From: Octopus sinensis
Taxonomy: Eukaryota
DNA length: 64,000 nucleotides
Direction of reading: 5' to 3'
NCBI RefSeq assembly: GCF_006345805.1
Contig: NC_042999.1
Span: 166,656,001 to 166,720,000, forward strand
A program made the position numbers and the translations under genes. Below are positions 49,103-64,000 of this stretch, piece by piece. The first letter of the stretch is position 1, and each line of letters begins with the position of its first letter. A model generated the notes under the pieces. That model was not told the origin of the DNA, did not search any database, and saw only the letters and a program-made list of their open reading frames with translations.

Positions 49103-49372
49103 AACTCGACAGCGACGTTGCAAAATAAATATCAAATTGTTACATTAAAATTCGGTCTTTTTTTTTGTCTTTGGTTTCTTAAAAACAGGTAAAAAAATAT
49201 TAGCATTTCGAAAGGTGTGAACAATTTAGACGCCATAAGTCATAGTAAGGAATTCGTTCTTCTTGTAAAACGTCAAATTTACCCAAAATAACGCGAGAAG
49301 AACACAAATCGTGACGGAGGGAATTTATTTCGCCGGAGACTAAAATAAACGAAGTAAAGAAACAAAGATTTC

Positions 49373-49795
49373 GGCGATCTTTCGTGTCTAGTAGACCTTT
49401 CCGTCGATTTCCGTAAAAAGTTTTTTTTTTTTTACATATGGGCTTGCGGGAACTTTTGAAGTAATATACATACATATACACATACACCGAGTAAAAATTT
49501 TCAGTTATCTCTTTCTTTCACACATTACTCTGTCTCTTCACACACACTAACAGAAGCACTTCACTTACACAACATACTGTCTGTCTCCCACACCCCATCA
49601 AACACACACACACACACACATGTACATCAATGCTTCCCATGCACGGTAACTTCAAAAGAACTTCCCTCGTCATACAATCGCTTTCTCTTAGTCTCTTTCG
49701 CTCTCATTACTTCAAAAGTTCCCGCAAGCCCATATGTAAAAAAAAAAATTTTACGGAAATCGACGGAAAGGTCTACTAGAGACGAAAGATTGCCA
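49373..49795. mobile_element. MITE-like element with about 90-bp TIRs
   Basis: 49373-49465 is the reverse complement of 49706-49795. Confidence 0.8.
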
Positions 49796-49907
49796 AGATT
49801 TCGCTTTATCGATTTTGTTTCACTATCGAATGATTTGTTCTTGGAGCTAATAGTGACTACGAGAACCAAAAAAATCAAAACAGAAACCCCGAACCTAAAT
49901 ATGATGG

Positions 49908-50408
49908 ACTAGCAGTATCGCCCGGCGTTGCTCGGATTTGTAAGGGAAATTACTATATAAGCATTTTTAGAGAGTTATAGCCAGAAAATAGCCAAAAAAT
50001 GCATTAAAAATGGAAAAAAAATTATGGTGAATTTTTTTTTAAATCGTTGACTCATCGTAGACATTTTTAGAGAGTTACTTCCCTTATATAATAACGAAAA
50101 AATGCATTAAAATGGAAAAAAATGATGGTAAATTTTTTTTTAATCGTTGACTCATCGTAGACATTTTTAGAGAGTTACTTCCCTTATATAATAGCGAAAA
50201 ATGCATTAAAATGGAAAAAATGATGGTAAATTTTTTTAAAAATCGTAGACTCATCGTAGACGTGCGCTAATACCCAGAAGGGCTCGATATGAATCACGAC
50301 TATAAGATACCCGGTTTTGGTTAAACTGCACCGCAAAATGTGGGAGTAGTTAGGAATCTAAATCGTAGGAGACAGACACACAACTTCACTTTTATATATA
50401 AAGAAGAT
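49908..50408 (+). mobile_element. Non-autonomous Helitron-like element, 3 internal units
   Basis: Same termini; about 100-bp internal tandem unit. Confidence 0.75.
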
Positions 50409-52061
50409 ATAGCTGGAATGGCTTTTGGCACAGAGTGTTGCATCAGGCTTGACCTGCGTTGAAACAACAAAATCCAACACAGCCTAGGATTTTCTTTAGT
50501 TCATATGAAAGCTATTTAAGGCACGCCAACATACATCGACGACAAACACTTTTACCAAGAATCATCAATAAAGAATATCCAAGTAGAAAACCTCTTGTTG
50601 GTTGATGTTTGATGTTAGCCAAGCATGGTTTTGTTAAAAACAAAAAGGTAATACAACCAAGAAGGGGTTTCTTGGCTTACCTGCACAAAAGCCCCCACGA
50701 CTTTGTTCCTTTATACATTTCAGAAAAAGGGATATCTTTCAGGTGGTGTAGATTACGATTAAAATATTTTTCAGAAGGGTTGGTGGTGGTGAAGAGAAGT
50801 TTGGAATAATTCATATGAGTCGACAATATCTATTTTGCAGAAAGTTATGAGGAACAAAGTCGTTGGTCATTATAGCGTCCAGTGCGATGCCCAGTGCACT
50901 AGAGACGAGGTACTAAACTGTACTAAAGCCAGCACAAATTGTCCAGTGTTCAATCTTAGTAACTTTAACAGGCATCGCCGTGTTACAGAAATGTTGCGTT
51001 CTTGAAAATCTCAAAACTGGCGGCCCCGAAATTGTTGACTCATAACTTCCAGATTAAAAAAAAGAAAAAGAAAAAAAGGGGGGTGGGGGCAAAATGAGGT
51101 GTTTTTACTGCACTTTTGACTTTAAGACAAAATATATTTTCACTACCTTAAAAAAAAAGAAGAAAAAAAACTATAGCGCAGGAGTGGCTGTGTGGTAAGT
51201 AGCTTGCTAACCAATCACATGGTTCCGGGTTCAGTCCCACTGCGTGGCATCTTGGGCAAATGTCTTCTGCTATAGCCCCGGGCCGACCAATGCCTTGTGA
51301 GTGGATTTGGTAGACGGAAACTGAAAGAAGCCTGTCGTATATATGTATGTATATATATGTGTGTGTTTGTGTGTCTGTGTTTGTCCCCCTAGCATCGCTT
51401 GACAACCGATGCTGGTGTGTTTACGTACCCGTCGGCAAAAAAGAGACCGATAGAATAAGTACTGGGCTTACAAAGAATAAGTCCCGGGGTCGAGTTGCTC
51501 GATTAAAGGCGGTGCTGCAGCATGGCCGCAGTCAAATGACTGAAACAAGTAAAAGAGAAAAAAACTATACCAGATAAGCAAATAGTATCCCCTAATTGCT
51601 TTAAAAACATTATAACATAATCTGATCATTATTTCAGAAAATTATCGCTGTTCTCTTCGAGCATACGACTTGTATGAGTAAGCCAAGATAAGATAAATTT
51701 ATCGCTTCATTTCTCCAGAAAACAGACACATACACATCAGTGTTCATCCCTAGACATCAGAAAGATCAGATATGCAAAAATCTTTGAAATATTTAAGTTA
51801 AATGAAAAAAGGCACGTGATATGACATTAACGAAACTCAGCTAAAAAATCGAAAAAAAATCAACATAAAATATCTAAAACTCCATCACAACCTGCTGGAG
51901 TGTCCGTTTCCTGATATATTTACAGACCATGCAAGTTAAAGAGAAGAAATTATAGAAATTAGTCATATATAGGCGCAGGAGTGGCTGTGTGGTAAGTAGC
52001 TTGCTAACCAACCACATGGTTTCGGGTTCAGTCCCACTGCGTGGCATCTTAGGTAAGTGTC

Positions 52062-52127
<66 letters not shown>

Positions 52128-52979
52128 TGTTTGTCTGTGTTTGTCCCCCTAGCATTGCTTGACAACCGATGCTGGTGTGTTTACGTCCCCGTCACTTAGC
52201 GGTTCGGCAAAAGAGATCGATAGAATAAGTACTGGGCTTCCAAAGAATAAGTCCCGGGGTCGATTTGCTCGACTAAAGGCGGTGCTCCAGCATGGCCGCA
52301 GTCAAATGGCCGAAACAAGTAAAAGAGTAAAGAGAGTAATTCACTTTGCCCTATTTTCGATATCATTTTTTTGGTACTTGAAGATTATTTAATTAGACAT
52401 TAGTTTGGGAAAACAACAGAGAAAAGAATATTGATTGTTAAACGTCAAAAATTATCCAGATATTTTATTAGCAACCTCAATCACAATGGAGCCAATGTTG
52501 AGGAATAAATTCTTGGGAAAGGAGGTCCTGCCACCTGACCATGTTTCAGACTCCCTCACTTTCAGCAACAACAACAACAACAACTATGCTGACGAATTTT
52601 CACTCCCAAATCTAATGAAATCCAAAATGAGGATACAATATAATGATTCAAACAAGTAGGAAGAAAATAATCTAGGCACAAGGCCTGAAATTTTTTTTTT
52701 TTTTGGGGGGGGAAGGGACTAGTCGATTAGATCGACCCCCGTACGCATCTGGTACTTAATTTACCAACCCCGAAAGGATGAATGGCAGGCAAAGTCGACC
52801 TCGGCAGAACTTGAACTCAGAACGTAAAGACAGACAAAATACCAATTTCTTTATTGCCCACCGGGGGCCAAACATAGAAACGGACAGAACAACTGATAGG
52901 ATCAGTGAAGCGATATGATTTTACATATAATGTGACTTGAAAAATTTAAATACAATATATAAAAAATCGAATGGAATTA

Positions 52980-55760
52980 ACAATACAAAGACAATACAAA
53001 TGAAGCGATGATCAGGCCACGCTCCGACCCCACAAGCCCCGATCTACCGCTGGTACCTTTTTTTGTCCTTTTTTTCCCCTGTCTATTCACACGGTTCCTT
53101 GCACGCACAACACTCGTGCAACATGCTTCTATCTCTTTTGGAACGTACACTCCGACAGACACCTCTTCTCCAGCCACAGCTTCCTTTTCAAATGAAAAGA
53201 AAAAAAAAAAATGATCGTAAATTGTGGCCAGAGATAAAGTTGCCTGTCTTAATTCCTTTTATCCTAGTCTTCCATACAGCCTCTTTTGCTATTGCTACAA
53301 CCGTGAGAAAACAATTCTTACCTTCGTTCGTTAAATCTTCCGGTGAGTCAATTTTTATAATTGACTCAGTCGACAGCCGTACTCTTCCTTCGTTGGACAA
53401 CAGGTGTTCAGCATAAGCCCACATTTCAGTTATCTCCAGACACTGAACAATAGCATGAGGGACGGTTTCCCTGTCCCCCCGCATCTTGGACAGGTCGGCG
53501 ACTGACGTTTACCATGTCTTGCGAGCTTATCCCAAACGGGCAAGGCACCTCTGTAGCATTGCCAGGTTAAGGACTTCTGGAAGTTGTCCAACGTTATCAA
53601 CCCGAATGTACGGTGAAACAGGCTGTCCAGTTGAATAAACCCGAGACCTACAGTCTCTCCCAGGCCATCGTCGCATTCAGACTCTACCAACCCACTATAT
53701 AAAATCCGCGTGGAACCCCCACCGCTGGCGTTGCCCGAGCGCCGGAATAGCAAGAGGGTCTTACGGCACTCTTTATGCCACTCACTCAACCTCGGTCTAC
53801 GAGAACACCAGGCTTCCTGTTCGCAAAAACTTTTGAACTCGGGGAACATTTGTCTGACCAGCGGAGACCACACCCGTTCACTATCCAGGAGAATTCAGAG
53901 GTGCCTCAACCTCAATGCGTGTCTGCACATCATTAACCAAGGCATCCCTAAACCTCCCTTTAAAGGCTTTTGACAGCAGACAGAGCGTTTCACAAGTGGC
54001 GACCTGCCCTTCCACAAAAAGCGAAAGAGCTGTCTCTCCAACCTGATCAACCACGAATTCGGACAGGGCACGACGGTCAGGCGGTGGGTAATGACCGATG
54101 CAATAAACACATTGGCCACCTCCGCCCTCCCTTTCAGGGATAGCCACCGCCAAGACCAGGTCTAGCTACTGCAGCCACCCTGCTCAATACCTCCGTCCAG
54201 TTCTTCTCTATCTGGAGGCCTGGTCCAAACCAGACTCCCAGCAACTTAACCGGTTCCTCCGTCCAGCGCACCACAACGCTGTCTGAAGGCATCGACTTGC
54301 CAACCCAGGTGCCGAGCTGCAAGCCGACCGATTTTTCTCGGTTAATCTTTGCTCCTGCCACCTCCTCGTAAGCCTCAATAGTCTTATCCACTTCACGTAG
54401 GCGTGCTACTAAGGTTACGCTGATAGTGATATCATCCGCGAAAGCTGTAACAAACTCCTCTAGACCTGGTTCTCTCGGGATGCCACTCAACCTTCGCAGT
54501 AGGGGCCCGAGAGCCATCACATACAAAAGTGGTGAGAGCGGACATCCTTGACGAACCGAGCGTCTAATGCAGAACGGCTTCGAAAGGAGACCGTTCACCC
54601 GAACTATCGAGTCAATGTTATGGTACAAAGCGATAAACTACCTGAGGAAGCCAAGGCCCTGGCCGAACTGCGCAAGCACAGTCACCAGGAATCGATGGTC
54701 AACCCTATCAAAGGCTTTAGACTGTTCCAAATGTACCAATGCCCCACCTTTGCCAGATTTATTACCAACCCTCTCTATGGTGTAGCGAATAAGACGGAGG
54801 GTATCCTGAATGTTTCTGCCTGGGATGGCACATGTCTGTGCCTCCCCGACTATACCATTCGCGACATGCGCCAACCTTTTTGCTAAGACCTTGGCCAAAA
54901 TCTTCACTTCTGCGTTTAACAGGGTGATGGGCCTGAAATTCTCCTTGTCCGTGTCCTTTCTGACTAACGTCACTACTCCCCGGCGCACAGATCTTGGGAT
55001 AAACCCATTCTGTTGCCAGTTAGCGTACACATCAGCCAGTAGATACCCGAACAAGTCTGGTATACATTTATACAGCTCGTACGGAAGGCCATCAAGTCCC
55101 CGCGACTTACCCGCTTTACAGTCGGCCAAAGCCTAAATCATCTCCACAGGCGTGATTGGCCCTTCGCAAGACTCCGCATCCGACCCCGAGAGGCACGGCA
55201 GCTCGGCAAGAAAGTCCTCGGGGGAATCTCCCACCACCAGGACCGCCGTCACCCCCGAACAGCTAGGCGAAGTACTCCCGAAAGGCCTCACACATTTTCT
55301 CGGGTTCGTTTACCAGAACACCATTTTGATTCGTCAAAAACCGAATAGAGGAACTATTTCCTTGCCGAGCTTCCACCACTCGGGCCCATCCAGCAACCTT
55401 GATTCCTTCACTTCCCATCGCACGTAACTTAGCTCTGGCAATACGTCCCAAGTGTTGGGCTTCAAGATGCTGGTTTACTCCAGTCTTTTCACCCGCGCTT
55501 GATCCGCATTACCAGTCCTCCAGGCTTCTTCTAGTTCCTTAACTAGACCATCTCCTATTCTACGTCCCTTTTTAGCTAAACCTATGCTAAACCTAATAGA
55601 CTCATATTTGATGGCTCTTTTTAGGGCGTACCACCATTTGTTATTAATGATGGTGCCTGTTAATGCCCTCTGTATTAACATCTTAATCCGCTTTCTGCAC
55701 TCCTCAATCGCCAAAAGGTACGTATTGAGTTTCCAATATAACGGAGCAGAATACAACGGA
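52980..55760 (-). mobile_element. Tx1/L1-clade LINE, 5'-truncated and frameshifted
   Basis: YWKLN, GKSRGLDGLP, NFRPITLLN, QSKAFDRVDH, RQGCPLSPLLY, FADD, C-terminal CPRC. Confidence 0.92.
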
Positions 55761-56439
55761 AGAGGAGGAAGTACCAAAAGAATGGGAAAACGGCAGAAGA
55801 AGGAGGAAAAGGAGAAGGAGAAAAGTGAATCGTGCTGAACCCCAATCCACCCCAACACCACCCGCACCCTCTGAGGCCCACCCTTCCCTTGCAGACAGTG
55901 AACCCACCCGCTCCCCACCAACGAGAAAACAAAAAAAGATGCAAACACACAAGATAACTCTAAAAATCCTAGGCCCCATATTCTTGGTATTTGGGACCAT
56001 GAAGAAGTACGGGAAATAATAAAAGACTGTTGGGGCAGGGTGGGGGTAATGTATGCGGTAATTCCGGAAGACCTTGTAAAGGAACTTGGGGAAGAACGTG
56101 CAAGGAGAAGCTATAAACTGGTTAGATATAAAATTGGAGAGGAAAGATCGTCTGAAATGGAAAGGGAAATTAATTCTAAACTGAAGGACTATATGCATTT
56201 CATTCTGGTTTAAGGAGGAAGGACAGGTAAGTGATGCTAGCGGATGGGGCCGTTAGCATCACTCTCATCTCTCATTTTCACCCTTTCTCTCATTTTATCA
56301 TACGATATTTTTTTTTGATGTTTTGTGTCCCCAATGTGTTGTAGTGTCCCCTCTATGTAAGACCTTTTATGGTTAATAAAAAATCATCGACTATATTTAC
56401 AACTTTCCTTCTTTCACACCACATCAAAATATCTGGGGT

Positions 56440-57040
56440 TTTTTTCGTAATTGGGATGGGAAAGAATCCTTGGCACCCAGATAAATCTGCAGTCACCCCC
56501 CCACTTTTCATCTCTTACAGGAAGTTTCTTGATTTTCTTCTTGAAACGGATCTGCTGACCTGGTCGCACGAAGGTAACGAAATCTCTAGATGGTACTTTT
56601 AACGGTTTTTTTCTCAGTGTTGTTGAGATGAATTTGGTTCTTTATAGCATTGAAGATAACTTTAACGACCAAGTTGTGTCTCCATGTAAACCCGTTCAAT
56701 GCTAGTGAACAGTTGGAAAGAATATGTTTCAGTGTACCGACCCTTCTACATTTGCAGATGTCATTCTCTGAGACGTTCCATCTTACTAGATTCGTAGGTG
56801 ATGGCAAAACATCATAAGATGAACGAATCAGGAAACTCAGCCGAGATGTCATCCACTTCCACATCTCATCCCAACTAATCTTCCTCTCAACAACATGTTC
56901 GTCCCGTCTCGTCATCTGACCTTGATGAACACATCGGATCAAATGAAGCTCTCTTCTCTCTGCTTCTCTTGTTTTGACGCTGTTGCTAATAACAGATCTG
57001 CGTTCACTCCGCATCATGCTTGCAAACGGTCTGAACTGAT
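56440..57040 (-). mobile_element. Hero-like restriction-endonuclease LINE fragment
   Basis: SRLSFLIRSSYDVLPSPTNL..W, C..GTLKHILSNC, WRHN motifs. Confidence 0.7.
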
Positions 57041-57082
57041 CTGCGACCTTGTAATTGGGAAGCAAGCTTCTTACCACCCAGC

Positions 57083-57084
<2 letters not shown>

Positions 57085-57154
<70 letters not shown>

Positions 57155-57170
57155 TGTCTCTCTCTCTCTC
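57085..57170. repeat. (TG)n(TC)n microsatellite; (CT)n(CA)n at 805-850 and (CA)n at 1068-1101
   Basis: Direct reading. Confidence 0.95.
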
Positions 57171-57390
57171 TAGGCACAGACTTCTCAACCACACGATTCC
57201 GTGTTCAGTCCCACTTCGTAGCACCTTTCGGCATGTGTCTTCAACTATAGCCTCGAGCGCGCGCGCACGCACACACACCACACCCATTAGAAATTGTAAA
57301 TATTTGTTTATTTCATTTTATTTTTGTCCCAAGTACGAACCTTTCGAATTTAATATGTTGCTTATAAATCTAAATGTATTTATCTGTATT

Positions 57391-57771
57391 GGAGACGCAA
57401 TGGCCCAGTGGTTAGGGCAGCGGACTCGCGGTCGTAGGATCGCGGTTTCGATTTCCAGACCGGGCGTTGTGAGTGTTTATTGAGCGAAAACACCTAAAGC
57501 TCCACGAGGCTCCGGCAGGGGATGGTGGTGATCCCTGCTGTACTCTTTCACCACAACTTTCTCTCACTCTTACTTCCTGTTTCTGTTGTACCTGTATTTC
57601 AAAGGGCCGGCCTTGTCACTCTCTGTGTCACGCTGAATATCCCCGAGAACTACATTAAGGGTACACGTGTCTGTGGAGTGCTCAGCCACTTACACGTTAA
57701 TTTCACGAGCAGGCTGTTCCGTTGATTCGGATCAACCGGAACCCTAGTCGTCGTAACCGACGGAGTGCTTC
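57391..57771 (+). mobile_element. tRNA-derived SINE, family A
   Basis: Full length; 9-bp TSD ATCTGTATT. Confidence 0.9.
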
Positions 57772-57998
57772 ATCTGTATTGTATTCATTGCCAGTGAATT
57801 TCAGTCAAGTACTTTCTGTAAAATAAAAGAAAAACGTAAAACTGAAAGCGACGCACTTGGTACAGTTAAACAGAATAACTTCTTTTTGAATAAGTTCTTT
57901 TCAATACAAAGGCTGTTGTTTCCATTTCTATAAACCGTCTGACCACTGAATTACAGAAAGATGTTTATGACGACGTTACATAAAGAAGTTTATTTGCT

Positions 57999-58399
57999 AC
58001 TAGCAGTATCGCCCGGCGTTGCTCGGGTTTGTAAGGGAAATAACTATATAAGCATTTTTAGAGAGTTATAGCCAAAAAATAGCAAAAATATGCATTAAAA
58101 TGGAAAAAAATGAGGGTAAATTTTTTTTTAAATCGTAGACTCATCGTAGACATTTTTAGAGAGTTACTTCTCTTATATAATAGCGAAAAAATGCATTAAA
58201 ATGGAAAAAAATGAGGGTAAATTGTTTTAAAAATCGTAGACTCATCGTAGACGCGCGCTAATACCCAGAAGGGCTCGATATGAATCACGACTATAAGATA
58301 CCCGGTTTTGGTTAAACTGCACCGTAAAATGTGGGAGTAGTTAGGAATCTAAATCGTAGGAGACAGACAGCACACAACCTCACTTTTATATATAAAGAT
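57999..58399 (+). mobile_element. Non-autonomous Helitron-like element, 2 internal units
   Basis: Same termini. Confidence 0.75.
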
Positions 58400-58851
58400 G
58401 TGTGAAATATTTTACAACACATTTCTTGGAAAATTTTACAGTGACGTTATTCTTATTTAAGGCTGCATTCGGCTTGTTAATATTTTTTAAACTTTCATTT
58501 TACATTAAGCATAAGGCCAGCAATTTCGAGGAAGGGGTAAGTTCTTTACGCCGTCTCCAATGGTCAATTGGTGTTTTATTTTATCGAACTCTGAAAGGCA
58601 AGATCGATCTCGTCGGAGTCTGAACTCAGAACGTGAAGACGGATGAAATACCGCTTAGCATTTCTCCTGGAATTCTAACGATTCTGCCAGCTCGCCGCCC
58701 TAATCGACCAGTTAATATTAGAAATTTATCAGGCAACAAGCTGACGAATCGTTTGCACACTTAGAGACATTTCCTTCGTCTTTGCGTTCTAAGTTCAAAT
58801 GCTACCAGGGTCGACTTTGCCTTTCATCTTTTTGGGGTCGATAAAATAAGT

Positions 58852-59294
58852 ACCAGGCTTCCTGTTCGCAAAACCTTTTGAACTCGAGGAACATTTGTCT
58901 GACCAACGGAGACCACACCCGTGAGGTGCCTCAACCTCAACGCGTGTCGGCGCATCATTAACCAAGGCATCCCTAAACCTCCATTTAAAGGCTTTTGACA
59001 GCAGACAGAGCGTTTCACAAGTGGCGACCTGCCCTTCCACAAAAAGCGAAAGAGCTGTCTCTCCAACCTGATCAACCACGAATTCGGACAGGGCACGACG
59101 GTCAGGCGGTGGGTAATGACCGATGCAATAAACACATTGGCCACCTCTGCCCTCCCTTTCAGGGATAGCCACCGCCAAGACCAGGTCTAGCTACTGCAGC
59201 CACCCTGCTCAATACCTCCGTCCAGTTCTTCTCTATCTGGAGGCCTGGTCCAAACCAAACTCCCAGCAACTTAACCGGTTCCTCCGTCCAGCGC
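58852..59294 (-). mobile_element. Tx1 internal fragment embedded in a SINE
   Basis: About 98% match by eye to 53807-54269, with a 20-bp deletion. Confidence 0.9.
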
Positions 59295-60446
59295 TGTAAC
59301 CGACTAGCCCTCATCTCCGAACTTGCTGGCCTTGTACCAAAATTTGAAACCACTATTAGAAACTTATGAGGGGACGATCAAGCAGAATCGTTAAGCACAC
59401 CGGACCAAATGCTTAGCGGCATTTCGTCCGTATTCACCTTCTGAATTCAAATTCCGCCAAGGTTGACTTTACCTTTCATCCTTCATGGGTCAATAAAATA
59501 AGTATCTGTTGAACATTGGGGGCCGATCAACTCCTTTCCTAAAATTGTTGGCCTTGTGCCAAAATTTGAAATCAGTTTTAGAAATTTCTTCAGGTTGGTA
59601 AATCAATTTCCTAATGCAAGGGAAGTAACTCTCGAGAACTAAGTTGTAAAATTTCTCCTGCCTAAAATCCTCATCTTTAGGTCATAGCATTTTTAAAAAT
59701 CATTTTAGGCAGGAGGGAAGCGTCGTGCCCATAATCCTTTACACAACCTCCTGGACTATTAGCAGGGAAGATAACAGAGTGGACAGTACTAAAGGCAGCC
59801 AAGGGCAAGGTGGTGGTGGTCGCGACTGGAAATCAGAGTGGGAAGATCTACAACTAATATTGCCATCAAATTTTGGCACAAAGCCAGCAATTTCGAATAA
59901 ATCGACCTCAGTATTCAACTGGTACTTATTTTACCGACCTCTAAAAGACGAAAGGCAAAATCAGCCTCAGCAGAATTTGAACTCTGAACGTAAATACAGA
60001 GGAGATGTCGCTAAGCATTTTGTGCGGTGTGCTAACGATTTTGCTAGCTCGCCACCCGAAAATTTTATAAAATTCGCTATGCCACTCAAGGGAAGAGCTA
60101 GAATTCATATCGTAATCGTTAAAACATTCCGAGAGACTGCTTTAAGGATGCCAACATTCTATCCCACCTGGATAGGTACTTTATTTATCGACCTAGTAAA
60201 GAAGAAAGGCGAAGGTGATTTCAGGGGTACTTAAAACGCTAGACTCCGGTATAAGTATCGCGCTTCGCATTTCGTCTGCTGCTCAAATAACACTGCCTAT
60301 TCGTTGCTTATTATTGTCTAAAGAACCTTAGCGGCTCGGCAAAAAGAGATCGATAGAATAAGTACCAACCTTGGGGAAATGTTATTATTTTATTGCTTAC
60401 ACGTTTTTATGTCAATTCTCACAAACCTTTGTCCTAGCATTGTCTT

Positions 60447-61945
<1,499 letters not shown>

Positions 61946-62009
61946 TTATTATTGTTATTATTATTATTATTATTATTATTGTTGTTGTTGTTCAGTGGAT
62001 ATAACTACT

Positions 62010-64000
62010 TACTTGGTCGTATCTGTATCAATATATTCAGATTTGCCACAAGGACTGGACAGCCAGAGATGATTTGGTCAGCTGTCTCATTGTGCTGGTT
62101 CACATTCTGCATTTGGTTTAGGGTCTGTTTTCATTATGTTGCTTTCATAGTTGTTCGTCGTCAGACATTGGTCTTGTGCAGCAAGAATTAGTCTTTCCGA
62201 GTCAGCTTTTAGTCCAGCGCTTTTGAGCCATTGTTGGCTTTTATTTAGGTTCACTTCTTCTCTGTCAAGCCTTCCATTGTATTGGCCATGGAATCATTTT
62301 TCTCTCCATTTCTTCTTTAGTATGTTTTGTAAATCTGCTTTCATGTTATTTTTTTGTCTCTTTGACCATTTCTGCTATAATGTCATCTGAGATCAGTGTA
62401 TCAGAATAGTTTGTTTCTGTTTTGAATTTTGTCTCCTCCTTGTTATCGTTTGGTTTGGGTTTAAAAGTTCAAAGTGGACTAAACCTTTCATATCCCACCA
62501 AACATAACAACACCTTACGTGGGTGAAGATCTTCTTTAGTCTGGGGTGCGAGTGTTTCTTCTTTCCCTACCCACTACCTTCGGCGCTTGACATTTTTATA
62601 GAGAACCCATTTCATACAGTTTCAAATCATCCATTTTGGATTTTCTTTTTAGTTGGTACTCCAAGTTCATTTTCCTAAGTACCAAGGTCAGGGGTACCAT
62701 GCAGAGAACAAAAAGCAACAGAGATAAGCTATCACCCTGGAAAATCCCCCTTCTGATACCCAGGGTGCCCAAGCTTTTCCCGTAAGATGTCAGTTCACTT
62801 TTCCACCCTACAATACATCTCTTCAGGAAACACGTTACATTCCTCACAATTCCAAACAGATCTAAGCACAAATGTGGAATCATATCATAAGCTTTTCGAT
62901 AGTCAATCTAGACCATTTCCAAATGTGGTCTCATTCGTTTACAATCTAACTATCTTGTCTATCAATAATTGATCTTTGGTGCATCTGCATATCCTTCTAC
63001 AGCCTTTTTGTTCCGTGGGTAATATATCGTTCTGATCAAAAAATTGGTACAGTTCTTCTGAAATTCCTCCTGACAGCAACTTTCACATTATTCGGATGCA
63101 AAAAATTGGTCTGTAATCATCAGCAGCATTTCCCTTTGGTGCATCCTTCAGGCACAACACCGTTCGTTCTTTTGTTAACCAGCCCGGGATTTCTTCCTCT
63201 CCATTAAATTGTTCAGCAATCAATTTGGGCAACTACTGAAATTTTTTATCCCAAATTCCTGTACACCGTCAGGTCCTGCTGCTTTCCAGTTGCTTATCTT
63301 TTTATTCATATTTCTGATACTGTCTTCCTGTGAAGTGGTTAGCCTCTTACTGGGGATAAGAAGCTGTTTGCTTCAGGCTGCAGAGCCATTCATCTGTAGT
63401 ATTATTCTGTTCTTGCTTACTCCATATCTTGCCTCAGAAAAGTCGACTTTCATCAACATCAGAGACTAATGTTTCACGTTTTTTTTATCATCAGTAATCT
63501 CTTGATAAATCTTTTTTGTTTTGCCGGTATTGCTTAATCCGTTGTTCAAACCTTGTTAGCTTTGCTTTTTTTGCAAGTATGCGCTGCTTCAGTTCTTCAA
63601 TTCCTTTAGGTCTTTTGTATCTACACCATACTTCTTCCTAACTTTTTCGAATTTCCATTTCCATTTCCCAAGTTCTCCATTTCTTTTCCTGACAAGTATT
63701 GACACAACATTGTTCAAGGAGTTTATATCTTCTGAAATTTTCCTCGCTGTTCTGTTCCCAGTCGTTCTCAATATCATCCCTTCCCGCCACAATCCTACTT
63801 GCAGCCTTGAAAAGATTATTTGTTTGTGTGATGTTCTTTGTTTCAATGTGTCTCAATACATTATTGAATTCACTCGTCTCTTGATTTAGTCTCCATTGGT
63901 TAGCCTTCTTAAAGTCGCACATAAATTCTGTTCCTTCTGCATTTAATAGATCCATATTAATCGATCTTCATTGTTTGAATAGTCACTGATCTCAATTCTT
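62010..64000 (-). mobile_element. Older Dong/R4-clade LINE remnant, runs off the window
   Basis: RRGIFQGDSLS, MDDLKLY, QWLKSAGLK..AAQDQC. Confidence 0.8.

Noticed and set aside
55950-56200. 164-aa ORF upstream of the Tx1 element as ORF1 or endonuclease
   Set aside because: No recognisable motifs; low-complexity F-rich composition.
59655-59715. 14-bp inverted repeat
   Set aside because: Short, among SINE debris, with no further support.

Overview
AT-rich, repeat-dense eukaryotic DNA, most likely from an octopus or related coleoid cephalopod (inferred from the SINE/LINE families and the microsatellite load). Two spliced protein-coding genes converge tail-to-tail. One is the 3' end of an unnamed + strand gene, with 4 well-supported exons at 5137-8857. 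The other is a complete 5-coding-exon MTERF3 on the - strand (33584-15848, 466 aa). Three intact tRNA genes are present: iMet-CAT, an intronless Arg-TCT and Ile-AAT. The rest is mobile DNA: RTE, Tx1/L1, CR1, Hero-like and Dong/R4 LINE fragments, Penelope-like (GIY-YIG) retroelements, three tRNA-SINE families, Helitron-like non-autonomous elements, MITE/foldback inverted repeats and a 32-copy 26-bp minisatellite. The most notable items are: (1) an intact minimal type I hammerhead ribozyme with an unusually long stem II at 43574-43705, inside a Penelope-like inverted pseudo-LTR, with a decayed relative at 32077-32113; (2) a PHD-type C4HC3 zinc finger inserted inside the reverse transcriptase of three RTE copies; (3) near-identical inverted RTE copies bracketing a frameshifting MTERF3 exon; (4) a perfect 62-nt hairpin just past the MTERF3 polyA signal. 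All coordinates and identities were read by eye; no searches were run.
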